The notes beneath the pieces were generated by a model. That model was not told the origin of the DNA. It was given only the letters and a program-made list of their open reading frames with translations, and ran no database searches. Below are positions 1-11,437 of a stretch of DNA of 64,000 nt, one piece after another (the stretch's first letter is position 1; every line of letters starts with the position of its first letter). Source of the stretch: Nitrosopumilus sp. Lineage in GTDB: Archaea; Thermoproteota; Nitrososphaeria; Nitrososphaerales; Nitrosopumilaceae. The position numbers and the translations under genes were made by a program. The stretch spans positions 1,303,849-1,367,848 of the forward strand of contig CBDBLX010000002.1 of the NCBI GenBank assembly GCA_965207445.1, written 5' to 3'.

Positions 1-446
1 TCTGTAGTATTTTTCAGTGTCCGCACGAATTTCACATTCTACTTTTTTCTCCATTTGACTTGGAACATCCATGATATGAAAAGCCCTTACGTGTAAATAA
101 ACGTAAGTCTGGCGGTACTGTAACTGTTCAGTATCATATCAGGTCAAATCGGCAGTCACAAATGGTACCGGGACCTTTGGGTGAGAAAATAAAAGATATA
201 TTAAACTAAATGCGCGCTTAATTTAACCCTGAAACGAAAACGAACCAAAGTGATTATAGATGGTGTGTATGTATATGACTGCGGCGCAGACTGTCAGGTG
301 CAAAATCTGCAATGGTACAGGTGTGACAATTATACTCTTATCTATTCTCAAACACATACTGTGACTGTGTCGTCCCTATTTTATAGATGAATTCTACATG
401 CTCTAATCTTATAAGGATCTAACAGTATTAAAAATTAGATCACTCT

Positions 447-1178
447 ATGAAAAAAACTGCAGAGCCTAAGAAAAAATATGGAGATATTATCATAGAGTTA
501 AAAAAGATCAAGCAGAAAAGATACATCAAAACGAAGAGACGAGGTCCTACAGGTGTCGGAATGACACTGGAAAGTCTAGTTGGAATACAAGAAAACAACA
601 TATCCGGACCCAACGGGCACCAAACGGAACTAAAATCCACTAGAAAAACATCAATGACCCCACTTACCATATTTTCAAAGTCACCGTTGCCAAAAGGAAT
701 AAACCAAGAGTTGTGTAAAAATTTTGGTAAATCAACAAATGGAAAAAAGCAACTGTACACTACAATCAATGCAGTGACGCAGAATAGGGTCTATGGTGAA
801 CCTGGGTTCAGGTTGCTAGTGCACAAATCCAAGATCGCCATCACACATACTAAAGATATCAACATGAGTACTCCATATTGGGACAAGAAAACACTCCAGG
901 AGGCATTTGAGAGGAAATATTCCAGACATCTCCTTTATGTTCATGCAGAGTCTAAGGGACGTGGCATAAGAGAAGAATTTCACTATACAAAGGCATGGCT
1001 CATACACGGGTTTAGTTTTTCCAGATTTGTAAAATTACTCAAAGAGGGCCATATCAAAGTTGACATAAGGGTTGGCTTGGATGCAAATGGAAAGCCTCAT
1101 GATCATGGTACGGCATTTAGGATTCCAGAAAGCAAGTTTGATCGATTCTTTGCCACTAGACGAATCGTGATGGAATAA
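447..1178 (+). CDS. MvaI/BcnI-family type II restriction endonuclease
   Basis: 243 aa; GVGMTLESLVGIQENN, ELKS and HDHGTAFRI motifs typical of MvaI/BcnI; convergent with an MTase gene. Confidence 0.85.
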   Translation: MKKTAEPKKKYGDIIIELKKIKQKRYIKTKRRGPTGVGMTLESLVGIQENNISGPNGHQTELKSTRKTSMTPLTIFSKSPLPKGINQELCKNFGKSTNGKKQLYTTINAVTQNRVYGEPGFRLLVHKSKIAITHTKDINMSTPYWDKKTLQEAFERKYSRHLLYVHAESKGRGIREEFHYTKAWLIHGFSFSRFVKLLKEGHIKVDIRVGLDANGKPHDHGTAFRIPESKFDRFFATRRIVME

Positions 1179-1477
1179 TGGAATTTGCCAAAGTGCTTTG
1201 TACAAGTTGTGTCTGTTGATCTGCCGAATTTCTCCACCAATTGCCCCAGTTGATTCGAGACGGTAAAGGGGAGGATTTTGTAAAGTGTCACCATACTAAT
1301 CCTTTAGTCCTGATTTTAGCTTTGCGTTGTGTCCATTGGGGCCTGCAAAGTTGTTCTCTTTATGATTAGCAGATCCTCCGGCATTTTGTCTATTCCAGTA
1401 TTGCAAGGCCTGTGGGTTTGGACGTATCTTATGTTTCTGATATCTGGTCTACAAGCTCGCTGCATTGTTGCAAATTA

Positions 1478-2794
1478 TCACCTCATTATAAGTATGGTCT
1501 CTCTGGTCATGGTTTTTCCTGTCTCGTTTGTGATGTTCTCTGGTGCGTTCTTTGATGGCATGGCCTTGTTTGGTATGTCACGGTATATCACATCCTCCAC
1601 AGTAAGTCCATACTTTGTTCCTAACTCTGCGAGTATGGTGTCAGTTGGGACTGTAACTCGTCTTACGGTGCGGTTGGCAACAACAAAACATGCGTGGCTT
1701 TTTTTAAGAGCCATGACGTGCGATATCTGATCAATGCAACGATCCAAATCCAAGAAGAATGCGTATGCTTCTCTATCCCTGCATGGTAGTTTGTTTTTTG
1801 TGAGCTTTATATCATTCTTGTATATCTTGTCAAGAGTCCGGTTCAATGTAGGCGATCCAAGATCGTCCATATCGTTGTACATCTTGCCGCCGAGTCCTGT
1901 CTTGTCCACATGCAAAACGTGTTCACCTGGCAGATCAAGCCAATGGCCTAAATGCCTTGAGAATTGTCCGTATGCAACCGTAGTTTTATGATCGCCATAT
2001 GGTGGTGATGTAACCATCAGGTTTACCTTGCCGTCGTTTAAAACGTGTTGCATATTTTCAAAATTGGAGCGTATGTTTCTAGTATCACCTAGTACAGGGT
2101 ACGCCGTACCGGACGGCTCTGCTGCTGCCCTGAGATCATTCATCCTTCTTATATTATCCCTTGTTATATCTGCAAAGATGTCTATTGGTTCTGGGTTAAA
2201 TTTGAGTCTATCCTCATTTGAGATTCTATGTATTTTCCAAGCTCCGTTTCTCTGATAGCTTGACTTTCTGACCGTAAGAGATAGACACACCTTGAAAAAG
2301 TCCAAAATATCGGAATTTGCTATGCGGTAAACATTGTGCTTTAGTATGGCAAGTGACGTTAACGTGTCCTGGTGAAACCAATTCTCTGTGTCATATGAGG
2401 TCGGGATACAACTATCATGATCTTTGCCATCTAGCGAGTCACGTGCTGATCTTTTCAAAATGGACTCTAGATGTCTTGAGAGATCTGCTTTGAGCGGTGT
2501 GGTCTTTACTTTTGAGAGAAGTACGGCAAATGGATTCACATCTATTCCTATGGCGTTATTTCCGTGCAGTATTGCCTCCAACAGCACTCCTCCGGAACCC
2601 ATAAACGGATCTAGGATCACATCTGATCTGTCTTTTGCATATTTGGAGATGATCTTTCTTGCTATCTCAGGGTGCATTCTTGCAGGATACAGGTGTATGG
2701 CATGGGTGTATTTTCTCGTACTTTTATCTAAAAACGTCCATTCGCCACGTTGCCTGGACTTGACTGACAAATCTCTACTTAGTGCTTGAGCCAT
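1478..2794 (-). CDS. N4-cytosine-type DNA methyltransferase, probable cognate of the MvaI/BcnI-like nuclease
   Basis: IHLYPA, DPFMGSGG (motif I) and VTSPPY (motif IV); M.MvaI-like C-terminus. Confidence 0.88.
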   Translation of the reverse strand: MAQALSRDLSVKSRQRGEWTFLDKSTRKYTHAIHLYPARMHPEIARKIISKYAKDRSDVILDPFMGSGGVLLEAILHGNNAIGIDVNPFAVLLSKVKTTPLKADLSRHLESILKRSARDSLDGKDHDSCIPTSYDTENWFHQDTLTSLAILKHNVYRIANSDILDFFKVCLSLTVRKSSYQRNGAWKIHRISNEDRLKFNPEPIDIFADITRDNIRRMNDLRAAAEPSGTAYPVLGDTRNIRSNFENMQHVLNDGKVNLMVTSPPYGDHKTTVAYGQFSRHLGHWLDLPGEHVLHVDKTGLGGKMYNDMDDLGSPTLNRTLDKIYKNDIKLTKNKLPCRDREAYAFFLDLDRCIDQISHVMALKKSHACFVVANRTVRRVTVPTDTILAELGTKYGLTVEDVIYRDIPNKAMPSKNAPENITNETGKTMTRETILIMR

Positions 2795-3126
2795 AGTTGA
2801 GATGCTTTGGCCTAGTACACTAATAAAAGATTCCCGAATGCATCAGTCCGACAAAAAACAAAATTGGTATCAGCGCGGCATAGAATCTGTTTTGTGCGCG
2901 CTCAATGTTTCACCTGCATGTCATTTTGGTCTTGGTAACTTTTGATACACAATATATACTCATATAAAATACTCATACAATACTTTTATGCGTTCTGTTG
3001 TAAATGCACTTGTCGTCTTGTCATCTATTTGGTTACTTTTTTTTGTCAAACAACATATTGTACACAATGGACTACGCACATATTCGCGCGCTTTGTATGC
3101 ATCCAAAGCTGATTTTATTGCCATAT

Positions 3127-4304
3127 CAATAGTTCAAAAAGTGACGGTGTCACGAAGGGCCGAACGCATTAAAAATCCGCGCAATCTGGGACTTTAGAAA
3201 GCCCGTGATTACTGCCACAGACGATCATGACATACAGGTTAATTTTGAAAAGATTGACGACGAGTATATGACAGCAGGCAAGCCAAAGGGCAGAACCGGC
3301 AAGATGCTACTGTACACCACGGTGCAGATTGTGGGACGCTCAACCAGTCTTACACGCCGTGCATCACACGGGAAAAACCATGCAAAAGAGGCGATTGTAG
3401 GCACACAACTTGGACAGATATGTGATGCCAGAGTCGTATCAAAAACACATTTGCTTGACAGGGGGTTTTACAAAGTCGGGGTCATAAAAATACCTGATGC
3501 CAAAAGGCAGCAGTATGTAATGCCTGCAAGATGGAGCAAAAAAATCGACGATATTGTAGCTGCATATGATGCATAAAAGGGATTGGGGGTGTGCTACCGT
3601 ACGAGATCAGAGGTGGCAGCGGCAAATTCGTAATGACAACGCTTGTAATCGTAAAAAGAAAGGGTGCGAAAAAGAGTGCTCTCCTGCAAAAAAAAATATC
3701 TGGTATTTGTAACCAACGCATACAGACACAGAGCCAAAAGCATACTTGCAAACATACCAAAGATATACAAAAAACACTGGGGAATAGAAACTAGATACAG
3801 GTGCGCAAAGCAGTGCAGTCCGCTCACATGTAGCAGAAACTCGTCTATCAGACTGGTACTGTTTTACTTTATTATAATCATATATGACGCATGGAACATG
3901 ACAAACTGGTTCATACGCAAAGAGATTCCTGACAGATCTAATGTGCATCCTCCGCTGACTTGTACCGGATGCTTGAAAAAATCTACGGCACGTGCAAGAA
4001 AATGATACTCAGAAACGTTGCTGCGAGCCAGTTCTTTTTGGAAGACATCCGATTATGCCCTGCCTCAAAAATACCACAAGCACAATACAAAATACGACGT
4101 GCCAAATCACGGGAAGATAAAAATCGGGCCCCGCCTGCGCACGTCATGTTGTGGCGCGCCGAATCGGGCTTGCAAACCCACCTGATCATCTGTACGATAC
4201 ATATGTTTTCTACCTTGCAATAGTGTCACTGACCTTACACGCGACATGTAGTGACAATGTACCTGAATCCGGACTCAAACACTGATTTACTTTTTGAACT
4301 ACTG
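3127..4304 (+). mobile_element. Decayed ISH3/IS4-family IS with frameshifted transposase
   Basis: Inverted ends CAATAGTTCAAAAAGT / ACTTTTTGAACTACTG; ORF pieces with LLDRGFY (3205-3576) and YKKHWGIETRYR (3664-4005). Confidence 0.8.
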
Positions 4305-4719
4305 GTATCCCCGACAACAAAATCTTGCGCATAAAATCCTGCTCAGATTTGCGTGCCTGTTCATAATACAGCCAGTAACCTTTGCGTCGCTTGTGCTACT
4401 GCTCTGTCACTGTACGGTCTGCCTCCATAATATGTTCTTATTTAAAACCCACACACTAAATTTACACAAACAATAATCAGACGCTACGATCGTCACAAAC
4501 CATGCATTGTAATAGGCGTCATTCTCTGTGTAGCATAGCATGTTATGGCAACCTACCACACACACGTCGTCGTTTCACACTTCACAAACGATACGTTGAT
4601 AAGATTGGCTAGTCAACGTTGTTCAGCATCCCCTTTGGTCATTTTGCAATCATTCAATTGGGATGCTCCTATATGTGACTTTTAGTAAGCTAGCAGATAC
4701 TTTCATATATGATCTTGTT

Positions 4720-4807
4720 AAATTTATACACATAAAACCCTGGCGATATTTGCAGATGACTGCAAGTACGATGCAGGTGGCGATTTGATGAATTACGCAC
4801 CAACCTC
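4720..4807 (+). repeat. Partial (right-end) copy of the 152-bp element at 62489-62640
   Basis: Near-identical TGCAAGTACGATGCAGGTGGCGATTTGATGAATTAC-CA-CAACCTC. Confidence 0.8.
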
Positions 4808-4819
4808 GCACAAGGTCTA

Positions 4820-5383
4820 TCATCTATTATTTATATCAGATGTCCTTGCATTAGATATCATATCTAAAAGTTCCTCCCTTTCAATCAACTTAATATTACA
4901 TGCCTTTGCCTGCTCTATTGCTGCCTTTGTAAAATATGAGTTTGTTATAACCCAGCCTTTTTTGCAATTATGCTTTGCCATACCTGCATAAACTTCCTGC
5001 ACTGCCGAGTTTGAGACGATGCTCTTGTAGCGCTTTGCTTGAATTGCAATTGTCTCTTTATTTTTATGTATAATCAAGTCTACACCAAAATCACCTGACT
5101 TGCCCATATGCCTTGTAGTATAACCCAACTTTATGAAGACTGCCTCTAATAACTCTTCGAACTCTGTGCCACTCATTGAGTCAATGTTGCCTGCATAAAG
5201 CATTGCGATTTTGCGCCTCTTTTGTTCTCTATGTCTAAGATACAACACCAAAACAAGTATTACAATAGGTATAATCCCCACGGCAGGATGTATCGTCGTA
5301 TATAGAAAGATAGAACCAACTAATGTAAAGAGAACTAATGCCCCAAGCGGGCTTGATTTGCGGGAGCGTCTTGGCATACACAC
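4820..5383 (-). CDS. Mrr-family restriction endonuclease with N-terminal membrane helices
   Basis: EFEELL, SGDFGVDL, IAIQAKRY, ITNSYFT motifs; two hydrophobic N-terminal segments. Confidence 0.85.
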   Translation of the reverse strand: MCMPRRSRKSSPLGALVLFTLVGSIFLYTTIHPAVGIIPIVILVLVLYLRHREQKRRKIAMLYAGNIDSMSGTEFEELLEAVFIKLGYTTRHMGKSGDFGVDLIIHKNKETIAIQAKRYKSIVSNSAVQEVYAGMAKHNCKKGWVITNSYFTKAAIEQAKACNIKLIEREELLDMISNARTSDINNR

Positions 5384-5509
5384 TTTTCTTAAAGACTATT
5401 TTTTAAGATTACTTTATCCACTACGGCAGTCTTGGGCTTTGTACCTTTTTTGTCTGCATGACGGTTTTTGTCAGAGCCACCAAAGAAAGATTCATCTATT
5501 TCGACTATT

Positions 5510-5968
5510 CAAATTTATCAACGAACACATATTTGATTATAATTTTACCAAATTCTGGAAACGAAGACCGCCCAAAGGGGCAATACGTCCAATCGTCAGA
5601 TTGGAAGATGAACTGAGTTCTAAAGCAAAGGAATGCAACATAACCATTCCGATAGCAATAGCAGCAAAAAAAAATAAAAAGATGAACTAGCAGTATGAAA
5701 TTGCATTATCACTCAGATACATCTTCTCTCAACATGATTATCGCTACGTGTAAGCACACATCATAACCATCCATCTCAATCTTGATTTTTATTCCATTCT
5801 TTAGTGTATGATCGTACATATTGCAACATACTGCCATAATTTTGAACATAAAAATAGTCATATTGTGATTTCCTGTAACGTTTTCACAATTGGACTTTAC
5901 TACATGTGATTATTTCAGGCACGAAATCACAAAAATTCATTGTACAGGAACTTATACTCGTCGCTATA
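5510..5968 (+). mobile_element. Truncated 3' remnant of the IS630 element at 38523-40208
   Basis: Encodes FDYNFTKFWKRRPPKG and ends with ACTTATACTCGTCGCTATA, matching the full copy. Confidence 0.85.
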
Positions 5969-6029
5969 GTGACGTGCATAAAGAGCAGCATGATGGCACG
6001 ATCCGTTGAGATAACATCATTTCCAGACT

Positions 6030-6842
6030 CTACACTTTTAGTATCTTATTAATTTCATTTGATTTTATAATTCCAACTTTATGATATATCTCTAAAAGAT
6101 CCTCATATGTGCCACCTCCTCCCAAAAAATCCCAGTATTGTTTTCCAATTATGGTTTGTCGCTTAATGTCAATATGTTTTGTCGCAAAACTATGTTTGTA
6201 TTCTTTTCCTTCCCCGTATGGATTGTAAGCCATGGCAAAATATGTCTTGACTTTGGGTTGTGTAATTTTGAGCATAGCATGAATCCACAAGTGTTTTCTT
6301 GTGATATTTAGACACTGTTCTTTATTTGGTTTGGGCGACTTTATCTCAAAAAATATCTCTTCGTCGTTATGGCTTTTCAGGTATAGATCCGAAGTTACAG
6401 ACCTGGTTACTCGTTTGCCAGAATCACGTTCTTCCATATTCACTATTTTTTCCACCAATTCAAAATAGTTGGGTAATCCACGTCCTTGGTTTATGCGTCC
6501 TATTTCATCACTGATCTCAGTATCTACTGTTTCAAGCATGCTCCCTTTTGTGTTGTGTTGCAGTTCGGCTTTGGTAAATCTTGTTTTGGCAATTATTGCA
6601 GAATGACGTTCATAAGAGTTCCCTAAAAGAGTGGAGAATAAGCGTTCAAAACTGGACATTCGGGCGAATGTTTTTGGTAAAAGTGCCTCGTGAAATGGCT
6701 TTGCCTGCGCTAGGTGTTCTACATATTTAATATTGGTACTATTAGTTTTGGCGTATTCGGATTTCTTTTTCTCCAACATGTCGTTTATCCACGCGCACAT
6801 ATCTGCCTCGATATGGTCTACTACTGATTTACTGAGAGTCAT
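6030..6842 (-). CDS. TdeIII/MjaII-family type II restriction endonuclease
   Basis: SFERLFSTLLG, DLYL..FFEIKSPKPN, AMAYNPYG, YWDFLGG; ATGA overlap with the upstream MTase sets the start at 6842. Confidence 0.85.
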   Translation of the reverse strand: MTLSKSVVDHIEADMCAWINDMLEKKKSEYAKTNSTNIKYVEHLAQAKPFHEALLPKTFARMSSFERLFSTLLGNSYERHSAIIAKTRFTKAELQHNTKGSMLETVDTEISDEIGRINQGRGLPNYFELVEKIVNMEERDSGKRVTRSVTSDLYLKSHNDEEIFFEIKSPKPNKEQCLNITRKHLWIHAMLKITQPKVKTYFAMAYNPYGEGKEYKHSFATKHIDIKRQTIIGKQYWDFLGGGGTYEDLLEIYHKVGIIKSNEINKILKV

Positions 6843-7999
6843 AACCCACAAACCAATATATCTTCATTAAAATTACTCGCGCGACGCCCAGACCGCCGGT
6901 TCACCTCGCGCGTAAGTCTCTTTTTTATGGTTAGACCACCATCAGTCACTATATCTTCATACAAGCTTAGTTTGTCGTTGACTATTATTATAAATCGACT
7001 GTTTTTGTCAAAAGAAGACTCTTGTATATTTTTGATAGTTTTACTTATGCCTCTCTTGTAATTTGCAATGGCATTTTTACTGGTCCCTTCTTTTTTGCGC
7101 CCTATCTCTAAATGACTATTGTCTTCAAGACCTAAAAGCTCGTAGGCATATTTGTGCTGGTCATGGTAATCGATCAGTCCTATATAGGGTGGAGATGTAA
7201 AGACGTGGCTAATCTTAATGTTGGAAAAATCAAAAGTACTAGAGTCACCATGTATGGGTTTTGTGTAGACATTCTTGCGTATGTGTTGAAATTCCGATAT
7301 CCTTTTTACTACATCTTTACAATATCTCTTCAGAAATATCTTACTGTTTTTTGTGGGATGGCATATTTTACCATGCTTTAGGCAAAAATAGTCCGTGTCG
7401 TAGGGTTTTTTTGGAAAATCTACTTCATAGTGAGCAATCATTCTAGAAGATCTAGCTGATCTAGAGAGAATTATTTTTAGCACATCCTGATGATCATAAT
7501 TTGGTATAAGGTTCTTGAATACAAGTAGTGGGTGTAACGCTTCTGGATGATACCATGTCTTTAGGTATTCTGAATTTGTTTCTTCGATTTTGACTCTAGT
7601 TTTTTTAGGTATATGATCATCTAAGGATGATGTTGAAGTTACCGCAAGTGTTTGTTTCAGTATTGCATTTGTAGTTTTTTGCAGCTTGACAATATCATAT
7701 TTTTTTGTTTTAACATTACACAGCATTGTATTGAACTTGCTTATGTCAAATCCAATGGATGGGATTCCATTGACGTTTGACTCTACAAGAGTTGTTCCAG
7801 ATCCCATAAATGGATCACAAATAAGATTGGATCTTTTCATGTCGTGCTTTAAAAAATACTCTACTAACTGAGGCACAAACTTGCCCAAGTATGGGTGTAG
7901 ACTATGAACATGTTTGGTTCTTATCTTTTGTGGCAAGTCTCTTTCTGTCCAGCACAACTGTTTGATTAGTTCAGGTTGCGCCTTCATGTATTGTGCCAA
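6839..7999 (-). CDS. N4/N6 DNA methyltransferase (cognate of the TdeIII/MjaII-like nuclease)
   Basis: LHPYLGKF, DPFMGSGTT, FTSPPY; translationally coupled to the nuclease. Confidence 0.88.
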   Translation of the reverse strand: MAQYMKAQPELIKQLCWTERDLPQKIRTKHVHSLHPYLGKFVPQLVEYFLKHDMKRSNLICDPFMGSGTTLVESNVNGIPSIGFDISKFNTMLCNVKTKKYDIVKLQKTTNAILKQTLAVTSTSSLDDHIPKKTRVKIEETNSEYLKTWYHPEALHPLLVFKNLIPNYDHQDVLKIILSRSARSSRMIAHYEVDFPKKPYDTDYFCLKHGKICHPTKNSKIFLKRYCKDVVKRISEFQHIRKNVYTKPIHGDSSTFDFSNIKISHVFTSPPYIGLIDYHDQHKYAYELLGLEDNSHLEIGRKKEGTSKNAIANYKRGISKTIKNIQESSFDKNSRFIIIVNDKLSLYEDIVTDGGLTIKKRLTREVNRRSGRRASNFNEDILVCGL

Positions 8000-8089
8000 A
8001 CTTGGTCCATTTTAAATTTTGGTAATACGTAACTATTTGGACCTTGAAAAAGTACATATTAATAAATAATTTCACGCCGAGATCGTATC

Positions 8090-8905
8090 TAATAATCATC
8101 CAAAAATCTTGGCAAATAATTTGATAAAAAACAAGGCATTTTTTGTCAAGAAAAGATGAGCAGAACGGCGAGTTTGTCCAAAATGCAATCACAGGTCACT
8201 AAATCACTTGAATTCTAGATATCAATGTAAGTGATGTAAATACAAGTTTGGTGATTTTACAAACACCTACCTTGACCAACTTTACATACCATTAGATACA
8301 GTTTCACATTTTGCATATCTGTTTGTTCTTGGAGTTCCTGCATATCAAATAAGATTCTATGAGGATGTTAATCTTCGCCATTGAGCAAACATTCATGTTA
8401 TTCAGACAGTCAATATATGACACATCTCCAAAATTCGTCTTTGATAACAAAGCAGAATTGGATGAGGCAATGTTTAAAGGTCATAAAAAAGGAAAATGTG
8501 ACCGGGAGCTGCAGGAAAACACTCGTCTTTGGCACATGTTCTAGAAATGGACAAATTTGTACATTTATCGTGTCTAATCGAAAGCAAAAAAAAAAACACT
8601 CAGACCCATAATTGAAAAGCATGCTATGTCATTTCTTGTACTAAACAGATGAACATAATACTGAATACGGCACACTTGATGAACTTGATACACATCAAGT
8701 GGTGACTCATAGTAAGGATGAATATGTTAGAGATGATGTGCACATAAACAGTGTTGAAGGTTTTTGGAGTTTTGCCAAAAATTTTTTGTATGTACTGTGG
8801 TGTTCCAAAATTATATTTCCCATTATATCGCAAGTATATCGAGTTTGGATACAACCACAGAGACAAAAATTTGTTTGAACTCTTGACAGATATTCTGGTT
8901 AAAGA
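8090..8905 (+). pseudogene. IS1595-family transposase pseudogene
   Basis: Fragments CPKC zinc ribbon, ELDEAMFKG, KTLVFG, HINSVEGFW, EFGYNHR in broken frames. Confidence 0.75.
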
Positions 8906-9075
8906 TATTTCAAAGATAGAGTCAAGTATTCAAGTCATTCCAGACCCATTATATAAAAGATCATTTAATGTGTAATTAAATGTTCAAATATACAAAAAAT
9001 CAGGTCCAGATAGTTACGTATTACTCATTATTTTTTCAAGGTAATAATGAGTGATGATATCTGCTTATCACCTCG

Positions 9076-9172
9076 CGCATTGACCTTGCAATATGATCTA
9101 GAGTACTAGTTGTGTGTCAAGTGGTAATTCAACTGGGCTTACTACACGCATTGACCTTGCGATCTGATCTAG
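9076..9172. repeat. 26-bp imperfect direct repeat, two copies 71 bp apart
   Basis: CGCATTGACCTTGCAATATGATCTAG (9076) and CGCATTGACCTTGCGATCTGATCTAG (9147). Confidence 0.75.
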
Positions 9173-9276
9173 TATACGTAGTGCGTGGGCAGATAATCAA
9201 GTCAAAGCCGTATCTGTTGTTACTCTGGGCTTGGGGGGCCCGAACGGTTACTCACGAATTCACACCAGCGTCCCAT

Positions 9277-9504
9277 TCAGTATGATTTTTTTATCAGGTA
9301 TATTCCAGACACTAGGAATGGAATGCCATACAGTGCAAGGATAACTCCATTACTAAAAAACTCTGGCGGTGGTTCTACCAAATTCCCCTCGTAATCCATT
9401 ATCAATCCACCGCCAAATACAGTTATGAGAGAAGATGTCAGTCTCAAATAAAACATTCCAGATATAAAGACCAGTGTTATGCCCGCAACAGTTTTTCTGT
9501 TCAT
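9277..9504 (-). CDS. Small two-TM membrane protein
   Basis: 75 aa, two hydrophobic helices, 27 nt downstream of the secreted-protein gene. Confidence 0.75.
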   Translation of the reverse strand: MNRKTVAGITLVFISGMFYLRLTSSLITVFGGGLIMDYEGNLVEPPPEFFSNGVILALYGIPFLVSGIYLIKKSY

Positions 9505-9531
9505 GATGAAAAATAAAGGGTTGATAATATA

Positions 9532-10428
9532 TCAGTTTAGGGATATGTTGCTAATTGAAGTCTCTGTCTCTACGCGGTTGGTTGCCTCAACCCACTGCGT
9601 CAGTTCATTAGTCTCACAGTCTCCTTTTGAGTCGAAGTTTGGCTCATATGTATTGGAAGATGTAGCTACATTTCCAGTTACGCTTATGACCTTTCTCACC
9701 GTATCCATCTGAAAATCTACGCTGGAGTGGTGCGTTGGTTGGTCAAGACACGTAGCACTGTAAAAGACAACATTTCCTGTAAACATCATAAACCACCACG
9801 TTGCAGTAGAGGTTCCAGCATTCCATCCTGAAGCAACAGCAGAACAATAGAGGGGACCAAGGTCTAGTGGGAGACACGGAACACTTGTAACCGCATCTCT
9901 TTTCAGGGCAAGGTCTGTTTGATGAACATAATGCAGATTTGATTCGTTGTCAAATCCAACGACATTCTTTGTGCTTGCTCCTTCAATAGACTCTTTGACT
10001 TCCTCGATCTTCTCCATCCAGTATTTTGGATTGGCATCCAATCTATCCTTCGTTGTCACTCCCAAATCCTCCAGTTCAAATTGCAGTCGCGCTAAATCTC
10101 TATTCAACTGCTTGGTATCTTCTCCCTCATTTTCTGCTATTTCGAGTTTTTCCTTTATTTTTGCATATTCTGTTAATTTCTCAAAAACTTTAGTTCCATA
10201 ACCGTCAAGTGATAAAATAAATTTTCTAAGTTCAATAACGTATTCGGCTTTTTCCGTATCCGAATAATCTTTTACTCCTTCACCAGCATTTAGGAGAAGT
10301 TTTTCATACGCTGAACGTTCTTGTATGTCATTTGTATTTGATTCTGCTTCTGTAAGTCCCATTACTCCAAAGAGAGTGATTGCTGCCACAATAGTGAATA
10401 GTGTTGTAGTTGTGTTTCTTGCATTCAT
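9532..10428 (-). CDS. Secreted hypothetical protein (signal peptide, helical region, 4-Cys beta-rich C-domain)
   Basis: 298-aa ORF with hydrophobic N-terminus; TTTAAATA TATA-like box upstream. Confidence 0.8.
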   Translation of the reverse strand: MNARNTTTTLFTIVAAITLFGVMGLTEAESNTNDIQERSAYEKLLLNAGEGVKDYSDTEKAEYVIELRKFILSLDGYGTKVFEKLTEYAKIKEKLEIAENEGEDTKQLNRDLARLQFELEDLGVTTKDRLDANPKYWMEKIEEVKESIEGASTKNVVGFDNESNLHYVHQTDLALKRDAVTSVPCLPLDLGPLYCSAVASGWNAGTSTATWWFMMFTGNVVFYSATCLDQPTHHSSVDFQMDTVRKVISVTGNVATSSNTYEPNFDSKGDCETNELTQWVEATNRVETETSISNISLN

Positions 10429-11437
10429 CGAAGCAACGCTTTTTGTTCTATATTTAAAACTTCATGCATAGGGGAGGGTAACCGTTCGGTAAGGGTTCAG
10501 TTCTAATCATAATACCGTATAACCATATCTGTAAAAATTGGAGATAAGTGTAGATATGTGTCAAAATTCAAACAGGATTCGTGCTCGTGATCGGTGTGAC
10601 CATTTAATCAAATTGTGATGAATATTTTTTGACTACATATACTTAAATACAGATACGGATATTCGTCATTGAAGATAACAAAATGACGAATAGAAGTATC
10701 AGTAAGAAAGTATCATGGAATACGAATTTAACACTATGGGTAAATAGACATTCTTGCATTAATTGTGGGTAGAAGTTACTGACTTCCTATTCGTCCATTC
10801 CGCACAGCACACGGCGCCCAGCCCCGCCCACCATTCACCTGCACGTGTGCTAGGCACCGCCGGTGTGTATGTGGTAGAGAGGGGTACGCTCATGACGACT
10901 ACTGTGGGTTGTCGGCAGGTCGTCTTACTGCAGTCACCGTGTATGCGAGTGGAGAAAAAGAAAGTAGCATGGGGTACACCATGTACAGTGGCGAGTGACG
11001 TTCATTTACCATACATCATCCACTTTTTCATGCCTCCACGCATGCATTCTCGATGAGTGTTCTCCATATGTCCATACCATGTATCATTACACCTGCGGCC
11101 TGTGCCGGGGTGCATCCTAGCGAGCTGTGAACGCGCACAAAATTGTACCATATTGTAAACATGTAGAACAGGTACGAGTAGACGCGCTTTACGTCCCATC
11201 AACTCATAAAATATCCGCTAGATGTCATTGAAAGCACTCATGTCCGTTGTTGTTCTTTTTATCATGCTTGTTTATTCCCGCGTCATTGATGTGCACGTAT
11301 TTTACGGCCGCACGTCTGCCTGAGATATCCGCGGGAGCGCCCCAGGGGTGTCTTTTGATTTTGATTTTCTTGCCGAGTCGGGATCCACAATGTGTACACT
11401 GTGATCATCAACTGCGTTTTTTGGAGCAAGCAGTACC

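Noticed and set aside
9076..9172. CRISPR-like repeat pair
   Set aside because: Only two imperfect copies and similarity extends into the putative spacer
10763..11430. Short GC-richer ORFs on both strands
   Set aside because: No coherent protein; a CTHCGS motif hints at a decayed transposase but support is too weak
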